A DNA stretch of 63,701 nt, filler included, from Gonapodya sp. JEL0774 (GCA_027604505.1; 4 parts of 4 records of this genome joined end to end with filler, not necessarily neighbours in it); one strand, 5' to 3'; shown: positions 38,301-51,500, counted from the first letter of the whole stretch. The notes: generated from the sequence alone by a model not told the origin. A program made the numbers and translations.

Positions 38301-41300
38301 CCCCGCCTTCCACCCCCACACGCGCCCCGGGGCAAATCGCGTCGGGCGTGGGCGTTGGCGTGTCCTCGTCTGCATCGCCGTCTGCGTCCCCGGCGCCGTC
38401 GCCGTCGCAGGCCCCGGCGCGGTCTCCTTCCATGACCTCGACTGGCGCCCCATCCACCGTTGCGGTGGCGAGACCAACGCGGACGGCGAGTCTGGTGGGA
38501 ATGTTGAAGAAGCCGTTCGCGAGGTCAGAGTCGAGCTCGAGTGTGGCGTCCTTGGGGGGAGGAGGAGGGGCCGGGGGAAAGAGCGCTGGTGGGGGCGGGG
38601 GCGGTGGAGGGGTGGGGATCGTGGGGTTCGGAAGGAGGAGTCCGACGCAGGCGCAGATGGGGCAGCAGCAGCAGGTGCAGCAACAACAGGTGCAGCACCA
38701 GGGCCAACACCAGGAGTACCAGCCCGTGGTGCAGCACCAACAGGTGCAGGTGCCGATGCACCAAACGCAGCACAACATGCAGTACCAGCCGACCATTGTG
38801 CAACAAAGGCACCACGAGGGTCACAACGTGGCGAGTGGGATGCATCATGTGCATCAGCAGCACCAGCAGATGCACCAACAGGACCCGGTGGCCGCGGCCG
38901 CCCTGACAGGCATGTATCCAAAGTATCCCGAAGCTCAGCAACAGCAGCTTGGTGCGCCCGAGTCGGGACGCTTTGCAGAACAAATACAGCCACCTGTCCC
39001 ATCGGTACCGGTACCGGTGGATCCCATGGGTTCCACAGCCGAGCGGGCACCTGCACCCACCACCACCGAACCACCAATCACCCTTGCCGCCGAGGCTGTC
39101 CCCGCAGGAGAACTCGAGCGCGCCTCGTCGCCCACGCCCACGCCGAGGACCATTGAAAAGCAGCGGTCCGACGCGGCCACGGTGGCTGTGACGAGTGGTG
39201 CGGCAGCCAAACCGGTCGCGGGGATCCGTTCGCCCACACCAACGAGCCCCAGCACGACGATATCGGCTGTTCCTCCGCACGTTGCGTCCGCTGTTCCCGC
39301 GTCACTTACGTCTGTTCCGGCTCGGACTTCGTCTCGGCGTTTGGCGGCCAAGTATATGGGTGCAAGGGCCGGCACCGGCGCGGCCGTCGGGGTGCAGCCA
39401 GCGGTAGCACTGGACCAGGTGAAGCCAAACGTGTTGGAAAAGAGACCCGAGTCGTTGTTGAAAGCTGCGCAGGAGCAGGGGCAGACGCAGGGTCAAAGTC
39501 AAAGCGCTGGCGGGACTCCGCCGGCGGTGGTGGAGGAATCGTCCAACGCGGATTGGTTGGGAAGTTGGGGAGGGCAAAAGGCGGGCGAGTCAGTGGCGCC
39601 CTCGTTGTCGCTGTCGTTGTCGTCCACCCCGAGTACTGGTACAGAGAGAACTACGCCTGTGTCGACGCGGGCCAGCGATCCTCGACGCAGGAGCGCTACC
39701 AACATCACTCTCAAGTCGGTCTCGGATCCGTCTCGCACCGCACCACCGGCTGCGGAGCCACCTGCGCCTGCAACAACAACACTTCCGTCGACAGCACCCT
39801 CACTGCAACCCAAGAGATCAGCCGCAAACTTGCTGGCAGCGTCCTTGTCCGTCGCGTCGGAGGCTCTTGTGACATCGCCACCACCCCCGACAGCTCCACC
39901 CGGCGCGATCCCCTTCGAGGACCCCACACAACAGCAGTACCAACCGAGTCATCGATCTACTTCGAAGCGGCTCGCTTCACAGATCCTTGCGGCATCGGTT
40001 GGGGAGACTCCAATGTCCCCGGTGGAACAAACCTCGCCGGTTCTGAGCCCCACGACCAATTCACCGTCCAGACGAGCTGCAGATGTCCTGGCCGCGTCCG
40101 TGGGCGGAGATCCGGGAGGTGCAGGCCCCACGCCGCCAAAGCGACAGGCGAGGGTTGGGTCTTTGATGAGATCGGATGGGAAATCCATGTCCGACGGGAG
40201 ACCCGTCTCGACCGCGTCGAGTGGAACGGATCGGTCGGTGATGAGTCATGGCGCTGCTGATCACGGAACTGTGGTAAGTTGCTGCCCCTGATGTCGTATT
40301 GTGGGTGTTTCAAAAACGCGTTTTATATTTACCGGTGTACTCCTGTTACTTTGTAGGCTTCGCACGATAGTGCACCAGAACCTCCTGCTAGAACTGTTCC
40401 ATCCCTTGATCGCGGGTCTCGTAACCGTCGCCCAATTGAAACGAGGCTTGTGTCTGTTGGAGGACCCTCAGAACCCCTTTCCCCCATGGCGGAGACTTCC
40501 CGAGCGAGTGCCACCGGATCGGTTGGACCCTCAGGCCGACCTCCCCCTCCATCCATGCCTGTAGGGATATCTGGTGGTGTCACTGAGCTTTCATCGGCGC
40601 CACCTTCTCCCATACTTCGCTCGCCCTCGTTCGACAACTCCATGTTGCCACCTTCCTCACCGATTGGTGGTCACAGTACGCGGCTTTCTGCCGACTTTGG
40701 TTCACCCCGCCGCCAATCCTTTGATTCACCACCATCACCTACGAATCGCCAGGGCCAACCCATGGAGATCACTGCGTCCGGTCAAGTGAGGTTGAAAAGG
40801 ACAGTTCTGCCAGGTGCTGCAACTGCATCGCCACCACCTCAAACCTCGTCGACGGATTTGAGTGCACCGGGGAACAGGAGGTCCAGAGTATTGGATGACT
40901 CTACGGCTTTGAACAGGAGGTCCAGAGTCCTGGATGACTCGACAGCGTCCAAGAGGTTGTCGAGATCAATGGAAGAAGTTAATGTTGTGAACAGTGGATC
41001 CCTGCCTCGAGCGCCGCTCAGGAGACCTCCACCACCTGAGTTGCCATCAGCGGAACACCATACAGACGGACTGGCTCCTCAAAACGGTTTGGAGATGCGT
41101 GCAGCATTGCCGTTGAGCCCAACTCCGTCACGTCGACCGCCGCCTCCCCCTCTACCCGAGAATGTGTCGGCTGCATTTGACGATTACGGATCGGAAGAGG
41201 AGATACCTTCACCACCTCGACCGCAGCAAATGATCGCAGGCGCCATGCCGGTTTCCACCCCGCCACCGATGGTGGAATCACTTCGGACGTTGGACCCGCC

Positions 41301-44168
41301 CCCGCTTGTTGTGCCCCCGAAATGGGCCCCGGGCACACTTGCACATGGAGCAAGGGTGGCAGGTCAAATGCAGAGCCAACAGCTTGCACAGTCTGGAGTG
41401 CCAATGCAATATCAGCAGCAGCAATATTCTCCGGGTATGCATCCTCCAGCAGGTTATCCACCCCAAAGCCCTGTTCCTGGCAGTATGCGAGCCGGATCTG
41501 TTGCGGGAAGTTACGATGCCTATCAAAATCCAGGCGCGCATGGATATCCTCCAATACAAGTTCACCAGTATTACGAAGATCCTCGATTGCAACAGTGGCA
41601 AAACGGCCGAAACGCCGCTCCTTCGCCGCTGGGAGGTTACGATTCCGCGTGGGAATCGGCTTCGGCAAGATACACGCCGTCTCGCGCGTCCAGTCCAACG
41701 GGTTCCGAGACTGGGTCGATGGATCCTCGAAATGGACCTGTGAAATGGGGCAAGTCGAGGCATCAATTTTCATCCTTGCCAGGAGAAATGCACGGTGTAT
41801 CTTCGCAAAAGCAGTCGTACAGGAGGGTGCAGACCATGCTCGGAATGAGCTCTGTTGGACCATCGCCTTCACCAGTACCAAGCGTATTGGAGCGCCCGAA
41901 CTCAGCTATGGGTTACAAGTCACGTGCCAGTCCGGTCCCAGGATACCAAGCGGGCACACCTCAGCCTCCCAACCTCCAACCAGGTCGTATGCATTCTCGA
42001 GCAGAATCCTACACAGAAGGGACGACGGTATCAGCTGCACAGTTGGCACCGCCGCCCATTGATGTACCTCAACCTGCAGTTCCGGCCTACAACGCGATTC
42101 CTCCACCTGGTACCGTGCAATCAGTGGCGTTGCCTCCGCAGCGAAATCGGTCCCTTAACCGCAGAGGGAAAGGTGCGGCGCCGATCCCTGACGTCCAAGG
42201 TCCTCCACCCAGTATCTCGGTCTCGCAACAAAATGGCAATGTGCCTACAGTTGTCGCCCCACCACCGCGCATTTCTTCCCGTCACGCGACGTTCAATAAC
42301 GCCATGCAGCAACTGCAAAAGGGCTCCGCGGACGATGGAGCGAACTTGTTCCTGCCCAACCCTTCGAGAGGATTCTTTGGAGCAGCCACCGGGCAAGGGT
42401 CAGGATCCGAACCTGAAGATGATGGTTTCGGGCCTCCGCTCGAACGTCGGGCAGGCTCTTCGTCGGGTTCTTCGGACAAGGACGATTCAAGCGTCCGAGG
42501 TGTGCAGGTCGTGCTAGTGAAAGACATGGAAGCAGTGGTGGACACTAGATCAGAAATAACATATGAGGAGGCTGAAAGAGCATTGGCATGGGCAAAAGCG
42601 ACCGCAGATGATGAAGAGAAGGTGAGTCTGATTCTATGAGACCGCGATAATGATCTCTACTTGAATGCGGCCACGTTTTTTCGTAATCCAGTTTGAAGTG
42701 TTGGAGTTCCTTCTCGACCATTTGGGTATGTTACCTCCACCACCTTGGGACAATCCGGACCGCGCTGTGTACCTCGGCCACGAAGTTGTTTCAATGATGA
42801 GAAAGCTTGCTTACAAGAAGTACAATCCTCGCGCCCAATATACTATGGGTAATTTGTACGTCAGCGGATTGCCTGAGAACTGTCGCAAGAAGGACAAGAA
42901 TGGGGTCCCTGAAGAGTGGAAACCTCAGTACGGGCGCGCGAATGATCTGTGGTTGATGGCAGGAAAGCGCAACCATGCAGATGCCATCTACAACTCGTAA
43001 GTAATCATTTGGTTGATCTCAGTGCATGAGCCATGTGCTTCAGAGAATCCCTAATTGAACATTATCGCACGTTCCAATAGCGCTCTTTGCTCTGAGCGGG
43101 GATTGGGTACACCAAAATCTGGATCACGTGCCCTTCAGTTGTACCGGAAGGCGGCTGCAATGAATCATCCTGGCGCCATGACCCGACTCGCTCAAGCGCT
43201 CCTCAATGGAGATCTGGGAGCAGTCAAAGCTCCCCGGGATGCGGTGAAATGGCTTAACTTGGCCGTTTCGTATGCCAATGATAGGTTCCCAAATGCTTGT
43301 GTGGAGCTTGCCAGATGTCATAGTGATGGGATCAAAAACGTTGTCATTCGGGATGAGAGTTATGCTTTTGGGTTGCTACTCAAAGGAGCAGATCTCGGAG
43401 ATCCTGAGGCGCACTTTAGGTGTGTATCTACGACGAGATTCTTCTACGTTGAGAACCTCACATTTTGACGTGCTTGGTTTTTCCGTTTCATTCTCAAGGC
43501 TGGGTCGGTGCTTCGAAAGTGGTCATCTGTCAAATACCATCCGGCAAGATCTCGCTGTCCACCACTATGCGCTTGCGGCAGCGAAGGGACACGCCGAGGC
43601 CGCCCTGGAAATGTCAGGACTATACCTTGCAGGATACCCAAGTGCCCATCCTGAAGACACTGTTCCCACAGTTGAACCGAGTAGGCGGAAAAAGCCCGAC
43701 GATCAAAGCAGTTCGGATAGCGATAGTGACACCGAAGCTGCTCCTTTGGCACCGAGAACGAGCTCTCTCGCAGCCAATATCGGGGGTAACCGGTCGCAGT
43801 TCTCAAGCGCCGATGTCAATGGCGATATTCATCTCCCAGCAAAACCGGCATCCTTCCACCTTCCTCAATCTGATGCTTTGGCGCTGCAGTATGCAGTGCT
43901 TGCTGCTGAGCAGGGACTGCCCCGGGGGATGTTTGCGCTTGGGTACTTCTACGATAATGGTATTGGTGTTCGAGAAGATGTGGAAGCAGCCGTCGCTTGG
44001 TACAAGGAAGCTGCTGAGAGAGGAGATGCCGAGGCATTGGCGCGGCTTCGGGATATGGGTAGAGGAGACTGGAAGTGGGCGAAACTAGCGGACAAGAAGG
44101 AGAAGGAAGCTCGAAAGGCGCAGAAGCGATTGGCAAAGCAAGCGGCAAAGCAAAATGGAACATTCTGA
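35333..44168 (+). CDS. Very large Sel1-repeat protein (Chs4/Skt5 chitin synthase regulator-like C-terminus)
   Basis: Phase-consistent introns (37647-38017, about 40273-40357, and others) join three long low-complexity ORFs to Sel1 repeats AQYTMGNLYVSG, CSERGLGTPKSGSRALQLYRKAAAMNHPGAM and MFALGYFYDNGIGVREDVEAAVAWYKEAAERG. Alternative start at 35240. Confidence 0.8.
40873..40950 (+). repeat. 39-bp coding tandem duplication (NRRSRVLDDSTA x2)
   Basis: AACAGGAGGTCCAGAGT..TGGATGACTC occurs twice, in frame. Confidence 0.85.
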
Positions 44169-44751
44169 GATGGAAACTGACACACTTCTGGGTTTTCGGT
44201 ACATTGTTCAACCAATGGACTAGTATGGTCGAAAATTTGAGTCTCTACAGGCAGACGTAATGGGAATATTTTGGAATTAGAAGTCATACCGAGTTACGAG
44301 AGCAGTACCCTTGGACTAAGCGACAACGATTTTCTGGGTGTTTTCCTGGTACGAGTAGATACTATGCTTATAATTGTAAGCAAGGTGGTGGTTCCATAGA
44401 GCATAGTAGTCTTATCAAGCCTGTACCCGCACGGCATCTCTCTCAAAAATGGCAGGCATTGGTGTTGGGGACATGAAAGTGTTGCAGCAATGGTTGGTTT
44501 TTGCGTTTCCCTTCTCTCACTAACTGGCGGTATCCTTCCCTCTCATTCCCTTTTCGTTATTCGACACTTTTCCCCAATGCTTCATCTGAAAGAAATATGA
44601 ACACAGCAATACACAAATATCATCTCATGTACGAAAACTGTAATCTTCCTCCCCGCTATTGCTTCATATTTTAGATCTTGAGCCTTTGGTGTCTGCCTCA
44701 CGTGCAATTCCTGCGAATGGAGGATTCTTTGCAAGGGGTGACGAAGTGTTG

Positions 44752-47196
44752 CTATGGGAGCACGACAACTAATACGAAAAGCGCCATACCCACACTTGGT
44801 GGAAGTGCTCGGGGTCCTCGAGCTTGCTCAAACGCGTAAGCCAGCTGAATCAAAACTGTGATTAAAACCTTATCAGTGAATGTTCACACGCCAGTTCACT
44901 ATTGTGCAAAATACTTGGTTCAGAGCATTCAGTTCCGACAAACGAGATTCCAAACGGGGTGCCGACTTCATCTACCCCAAGCGGAACTGAGATTATCTGA
45001 CGAGGATCGATAAATGGTGGAACGGATTGTGTAGGGATTCGCGAAAATGCAAATGCAGACCGTACCGGATATCCTACGACTTTGGCGAACACAATTCATT
45101 CCGACGCTTAAAATAAGTAAGCAATTTTGATAACTTACAGTTTGCAGGTGTCGTAACAGCATGCTCAGTGGTGGTGAGTGTAACCAGCGCCTTCACGTTG
45201 TAGATTGAAAGAGCGGCATCGATGCCATCCCGGCCTCCTTGGCGGGTTAAATTCGCTCGTGCTTGCGTGTACTTCGGGTCAAATAGGTTGGTAGTGGCCT
45301 TTGCAAGACAGATTATGGATTGTCAGTGTTTGGGGTCGCTCCTCGACGTGAATCTCACCACCGCGGCTTCGAACCGAGCGCTATTAAAGCGATGACCCAT
45401 CTCTTTTGGTTCACGCTTGTTGAACTCTGCAATGTGTGAATTGTCTTGATGTGCCACATCCTTGAAGCGAGAACCTTGCGCAGCCCACCTATTACATCTT
45501 CGACAGTCATGACTTTCGATCCTTCCACCCAGTTGAAATATTGCAATAGGCCTTGTTTGAACTCAAAATCTAGAACCGTTAAAAGATCCGAGTGATTCGG
45601 TGACCACGATTTCTGAGCAATGTCGATCGCTCTGCCAACAACAACGGGAGGTTACTTTTGTTTTCACATCAAGTCCGGGACCGGTGTTTCGAAAACCAGA
45701 AAGTGCTCTGCATACGTTGGAATATCAGCAGGGTCTACTACCACTGCCCCCACGGACTGAAGTATCTTAAGGGCATTCGCAAAGCCCATCTGCGCTGCTT
45801 TGGATGCCAGTGCGATGTACGGCCTGCGAATTCCATAAATATTTAGCGGAGCTACGAAACAAGACTACGATATCGGAGAGCGACGCTGTTATAACGACTC
45901 ACGTTCGTGCAACACCCACTCTCCACCCTTCGACCCTTGGTTGGAGGAAAGTTTCGTAGCTCGGTGGAATCCTACCGATGCATCTCGCTGTTGCTGGGTC
46001 CTTTACATCCATCCCTTCACGCTGTACTATGGCATCTAACGTGAGGACGGCGTCGCGGACTGTGCGTGCCCTGATTGTACGGTAATTTGCACAACGGTAA
46101 AAGCTGATACGTTCAGCGTCACTTACATTGGCCCAACTGTATCTTGAGAACCTGCGATAGGAATGACGCCGTAACGAGAGATAAGTCCGACGGTTGGTTT
46201 GATGCTGTGAGGAAGGAGGGGTGGCGTGTGTCCAAAATTGCCAAGAATGCTGTACCGCCCCACACCACATGCCTACCGACCCTACACAGCCTTGAGCACT
46301 TGCCGGCATTGTAATGCTTCCATCGGTCTCGCTTCCGAGAGACACCGCACACATGCATGTGGTGACCGCTGTTGCTGATCCCGAAGAGGAACCCGATGTA
46401 CTTGCGGCGAGATTGTAGGGATTGAGATTGAGGCCGCCACGAGCAGACCAGCCCGATATGGAGTTGGTTGAGCGGTCTCATATGGAGGCATTTGATGTGG
46501 GAAGCAGGTGAAGCGCAATGGAGTGTTCGCGTTCGTGATGAAATGATACGCGGACCTACAATTGGCCCACTCTGACATATTGGCTTTCGCAAGGATAATA
46601 GCACCCGCTTTCCGGAGCTTTGCGATGACCGTGGCGTCCTCCGGGGCCTTGGCTCCAAGCAGGGCCAAACTACCTGCTGTTGTCTCCATTTTGTCTCTTG
46701 TTGCAATGTTGTCCTTTAAAGATATAAGTGCATGTAGAAACGTCTTCTACATGCCATAAAAACAGCCGTGATACAGAATCCACCAACCTTGACAGCGATC
46801 GGCACGCCGTGGAGCGGACCCGCTACCACACCCGCTTTTCTCTCTGCATCTCTATCTGCGGCGATCGTGAGTGCATCTGGATTCACTTCGATAATAGCTC
46901 GCAGAATCGGGTTAAGGCGTTCGATCTGGCTGATGTAGCTTTGGGTGAGTCTGGAGAATGACGACAGTGACATGGATGCCGATCGCGATCAATGAAAATC
47001 ATCTCAGATAGCAGAGACAAATGAGTCACGAACTGGACAGAAGTGATGGTTCCGGAGGAAAGCGCATGCTGGATGCTGTCGAGAGAAGCTATGCAATGGC
47101 AAGTATCGATGAGATCGTGACAATCGTGACCTTTTCTCGTGGACGAACATGCAGATGGAAAGGCGGAATACCTTCCAAGATATCGAATACGGGCAT
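44752..47196 (-). CDS. Amidase signature family protein
   Basis: [65 protein letters not shown] and [10 protein letters not shown]. The 3' end is approximate. Confidence 0.93.
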
Positions 47197-47448
47197 CGCT
47201 CCTTATCGCTCTCCTTACTTCCGCTCCTGCTTGATCCTCAGGGTATGTGTTTTATCCAGAGGTACACATGATACCGACATCCCATTAACTAACTTCCTTG
47301 TTTGGGCCCAATCAAACGTGCATTGTAATCTACGAATCTTGTGGAATAATACAATATGAATGTTTGCTGTTTGATAAGGCCAGCAATTCCGCTAATGAGC
47401 CTGTTGCGTTTCCAACGAGTTCCACCCAGAACTCTTCAATCCCACAAT

Positions 47449-48331
47449 CTACCAGCTTCTCTGCATACCTCTCCTTGCCAGCTCATTCTTACCAAGCTTG
47501 ACACCTTTGACGCCAGGTAACCGCACTTTCGATTTTCCACGTTTGATGCGAGACATCTGATTGCGAGAAAGGTACAAGGTTGGGTTAAGCCGACGAAGTC
47601 GCGTGAGAGAGGGTCCAGCATCTGAGAGGAAGTGGGGTGATGAGAAGGAGTCTGGAACTGGCTCCTTTGAAACACCAAAATGGCTCTCACCTTCCTCCAT
47701 CTTGACAACTTCATCCTCAACCTTGGGTTCTTGGTCCAAATCGGCCTCTTCTTCGTCCCCGAGAACAATTGTGTCGGGATTCTCCTCGTTAGCCCCACCA
47801 ATATTTTTCACTTCTGAGCTCCGTCCTCGGCGTCCATCTTCTCGTTCCCGTGCAGCAGCTATCCGATCTCCCGTTTTCGCCAGAATTTCAGGTTTCGATC
47901 CCGTACGAACAAAGTCCAAAAAGTTGAACGGTCTGGGCCGCCCATCGTCATAAGTGGATGGTATAGCAGTAGCGGACTCGGTGAGAGGGACGGAGACGAG
48001 TTTGTTGGCCAGTCGCCTCGAGACACGGCCTGCTCGAGCAACTTCGACAGGTGCGAATAGGTTGTCTCGCTTGATGGCGCGGAACTTCCGCTTCGTTTTG
48101 GAGCGTACTGAGATTCGGATACGGACTCAGATAAGAGACGCCCACAGGCAAAATGGTGGCTATATCAAACGAGAGTTCCATTGCTCAACTCACATCCTTT
48201 CTGAAAAAGTGTGGAATCGTGATCCCAGGGGGTTCAGTTTTGCAGAGTGTACGCAGTCGGTCCGGTTAGCGTTTGCCAGGTTCGCATAAGCATGCTGACA
48301 GGTGATATTTGGCCGCTGGACTCACAGCCAT
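47449..48331 (-). CDS. DUF2423 / YBL028C (LLPH-like) small basic nucleolar protein, starting with two micro-exons
   Basis: Splicing ATGGCT (48326-48331) | AAAGGAT (48194-48200) | TACGC.. (from 48107) gives MAKGLRSKTKRKFRAIKRDNLFAPVEVAR..RLANKL, the family N-terminus. Confidence 0.8.
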
Positions 48332-48498
48332 CGTCGGTTTCCTGTATCTACTTTCGGGGTCGGTGTCGTGGGCTTTCTCTTTCCACTCCAGTTTGGACCA
48401 AAGCACTCACACTCATTATTGATATTAGTGGGTTTCAAAGTTGACTGAAATCGAATTATAATACGCACATTCTCGGCGACTTAAAACCGTCTCCCAGC

Positions 48499-48598
48499 NN
48501 NNNNNNNNNNNNNNNNNNNNNNNNNNNNNNNNNNNNNNNNNNTTAATTAATTAANNNNNNNNNNNNNNNNNNNNNNNNNNNNNNNNNNNNNNNNNNNN
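48499..48598. other. Artificial contig spacer
   Basis: 44 N + TTAATTAATTAA + 44 N. Confidence 0.97.
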
Positions 48599-51500
48599 AT
48601 CGTGGATTACGTGAGTAGCCGAAACTCGATTCATGGACCCGGAAGGCTTGGTATCGTCCTTTTGGGGATGAATTTGAGTGCGCGTTAGTGAGCCCAACGA
48701 ACGTACTCATGGACCATGATGATCCATGCGCTGACTTCAACGCGCGTGCTGCCCGTTCACGTGCAAACCCACAAATGACTCATTTATCAACTCCCTAGCG
48801 TCGCTACCTAGATGATATGAAAGCCAACGCCACACAATACACGGTGGTGTCTGGAGAAACACTGGAGCAGAGGGAGAGCCGACATCTCGCACCGGGAGAT
48901 ATCGTGAGTTGACCATCATTACCTTCTCTGACCTCTGAAAGACTATTGAACAGCTTTCGAAAACTCCACATTGCCTCACGTTTTCTGCAATTCTCTGATC
49001 TGTTGTGAAGTGCATGATCCATAAGGGTGAAAAAGTCCCCGCGGACCTGGTCCTGCTCTCGAGTGCGATCGACGACGGGACATGTTTCATCGAAACGTCG
49101 GATTTGGATGGGTGAGTGGATGTTAGGTTCCATTTGCAGAGCGCACGCTCAAGGTCACTTGCACACCCTACACCTGATGTACTTGATTCACTACTTCACA
49201 CCACTGCACACGTTACGTGGATATGAAATCCGTTATCGTCACCACCTCAGCGAAACCAATCTCAAACGCCGCACCGCCCTGCCCCCGCTCGCCCCCCTCC
49301 ACGACCTCGAAGAAGTCGTGCAACTGCGCGGCGTGGTCCGGTGCTCCCTCCCCAACGCCAAGATCGACGAGTTCCAAGGCACCATCGAAGTTTCGGAACA
49401 GTGCGACGTCGTGGCGCTCGGGATGCAAGCTGTGACACGGGAAGAGGAAGAGGAGGACAATGTGGAGACGGATGGACCAGTGGATGGTCTTGGGCCCGTT
49501 GCGGTTCCCACGGTCAATGGGATGGCGAGGGCTAGGCAGTTGTACCCGTTGTCGGTCGCGCAGTTCCTACCGCGTGGCGCGCTTTTGCGGAACACGGAGT
49601 ATATTTTTGGGATCGTTGTGTACACGGGTTCGGACACCAAGATTATGAAGGTATGTGTGGGGAAAAGGTTGCCTCGGTAAACGATCCCATCCGATGTCAC
49701 ACTCATCACGTCCCACCACCTCTCGGTACTCCTCTAGAACCTCCGTGCCACCAGTTTGAAATTCTCCACCTTGCAAGGCAAACTCGACTGGCTAATGGGA
49801 GGCATCTTCGTGTACAACATGTTTCTCCTCATCTACTCGGTCGTGGAGCAACTGCTGACACAACGTTCGTACGTGGTCCCTTACCAAGAGACAGGTAACG
49901 CAATGAACGGTCCGTGGTACTTGTGGGATCCCACCAACCCTACGGCGACCGGCTTTCTCTCGACATCCAATTGGGCGACTGCCACCTGGAACGCCATCCT
50001 GACCTGGTTTGCCATCTATACCTACGTCATTCCCATATCTCTCTTTGTAAGCCTCGAGATCACGAGGATATTCCAGGGGACCTTCATGAACGTAGACCTG
50101 TCGATGCAAGGAGTTCGAAATGCCAACAAATCACCCTCGCCTGCAATAGGAGGGACGGTAGATGCGGAAGAGCTGAAACGCAAACAGAGCGTTCGATCAG
50201 CGTTCAGAGACCGAATGCGACCGTCCAGTTCACGGCTTCCGTCGGCAGCACTCTCCACACACACGGAAGCTTCAGGAGACGGAAACCCAAACCCAGAAAC
50301 CCGCAAGTCCATCTCATCCGACATCCGCCCACGTCTTTCCATGTCGAGCGTAAACCGAAGATCAGTATATCTACAATCCAACCCCACTACCCCGTCTAAC
50401 CGACTCTCATGGCTCAGAACTCCGGATTCGCGATTCGAACAACACTCGGGTGACGAGTCGGATTCCGCGTCGGGGATGAGTCCCAGCGCTCGCAACCCCT
50501 TGCCTATTGACCAGCGCCTGGGATCCTTGTCCGCCCTCAGCATTACCTCATCGCGGGTTGGAAGTGTTGCCGGGTCCCTCGTTCCCACGCACAAGAGCAA
50601 TCGCAGTGCACTACGAATCAGCATGAAACTCCGTGGCGGCCAGTCCGCGGCGGATCAAGCGCCCGTCTTAGTGCCGATGAAGGCCAACAACAACAATCTC
50701 ACCGAAGATCTCGGATGCGTGGAATATCTCTTCTCTGACAAAACAGGAACATTGACCCAGAACGAGATGCGAATGTCGAAATGGTGGATCGCTGGGCGAA
50801 CGTTGGATCAGCTGAAATCTCCGAGGGTGCTCAGGAAATTAACCACGGACCACAGTCTATCGATGAAGGCACGAGAGGATGTTTCGGCATATATGCGAGC
50901 TCTCATTCTTGCCCACGAAGTTATTCCTTCGGAAGATGATAATACGGGGGAGCTAGTGTACGAGTCGCAGTCTCCAGACGAGACAGCCATACTGGACGGT
51001 CTCCGTCTGAATGGCCTACGTCTTGTCGGCCGCACCAAGACTTCGTTGACTATCAGTGTCACAGATTCGATGGGTGCGGAGCAGGAGTATGAACTGCTTT
51101 TGATCATGGAGTTTAACTCCGACCGAAAGAGGATGAGTGTCGTAGTTCGTCATCCACCTTCAAAAGGGGCACCTGCTGGCGCCAAAGGCCCTATTTTCCT
51201 CTACTGCAAAGGGGCGGACAATGTGCTTCTTCCTCGTCTTTCAAAGGATCCCGTAATCAACGATCCAACATACGTAATCAATGCAGAGCGCGCCCTTCAG
51301 TCATTTGGAGATGAGGGTCTTCGAACGTTGGTGGTGGCGAGCAAACCTCTCTCAGAGATTGAGTGGGAACGATTGAGTGCCACGTATGAAACTGCAGCAC
51401 TGGCCTTGGAGGACAGAGAGGATGTAATCGAAGCGGTTTATGAGGCTGCAGAGACGGATCTCAAGCTTTTGGGACTTACTGCTATCGAGGATCGGTTGCA

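Noticed and set aside
32367..38796. Long antisense and alternative-frame ORFs (e.g. 459 aa at 32367-33746, 389 aa at 37627-38796)
   Set aside because: These are shadows of GC-rich low-complexity coding sequence that lacks stop codons. They carry no domain signal.
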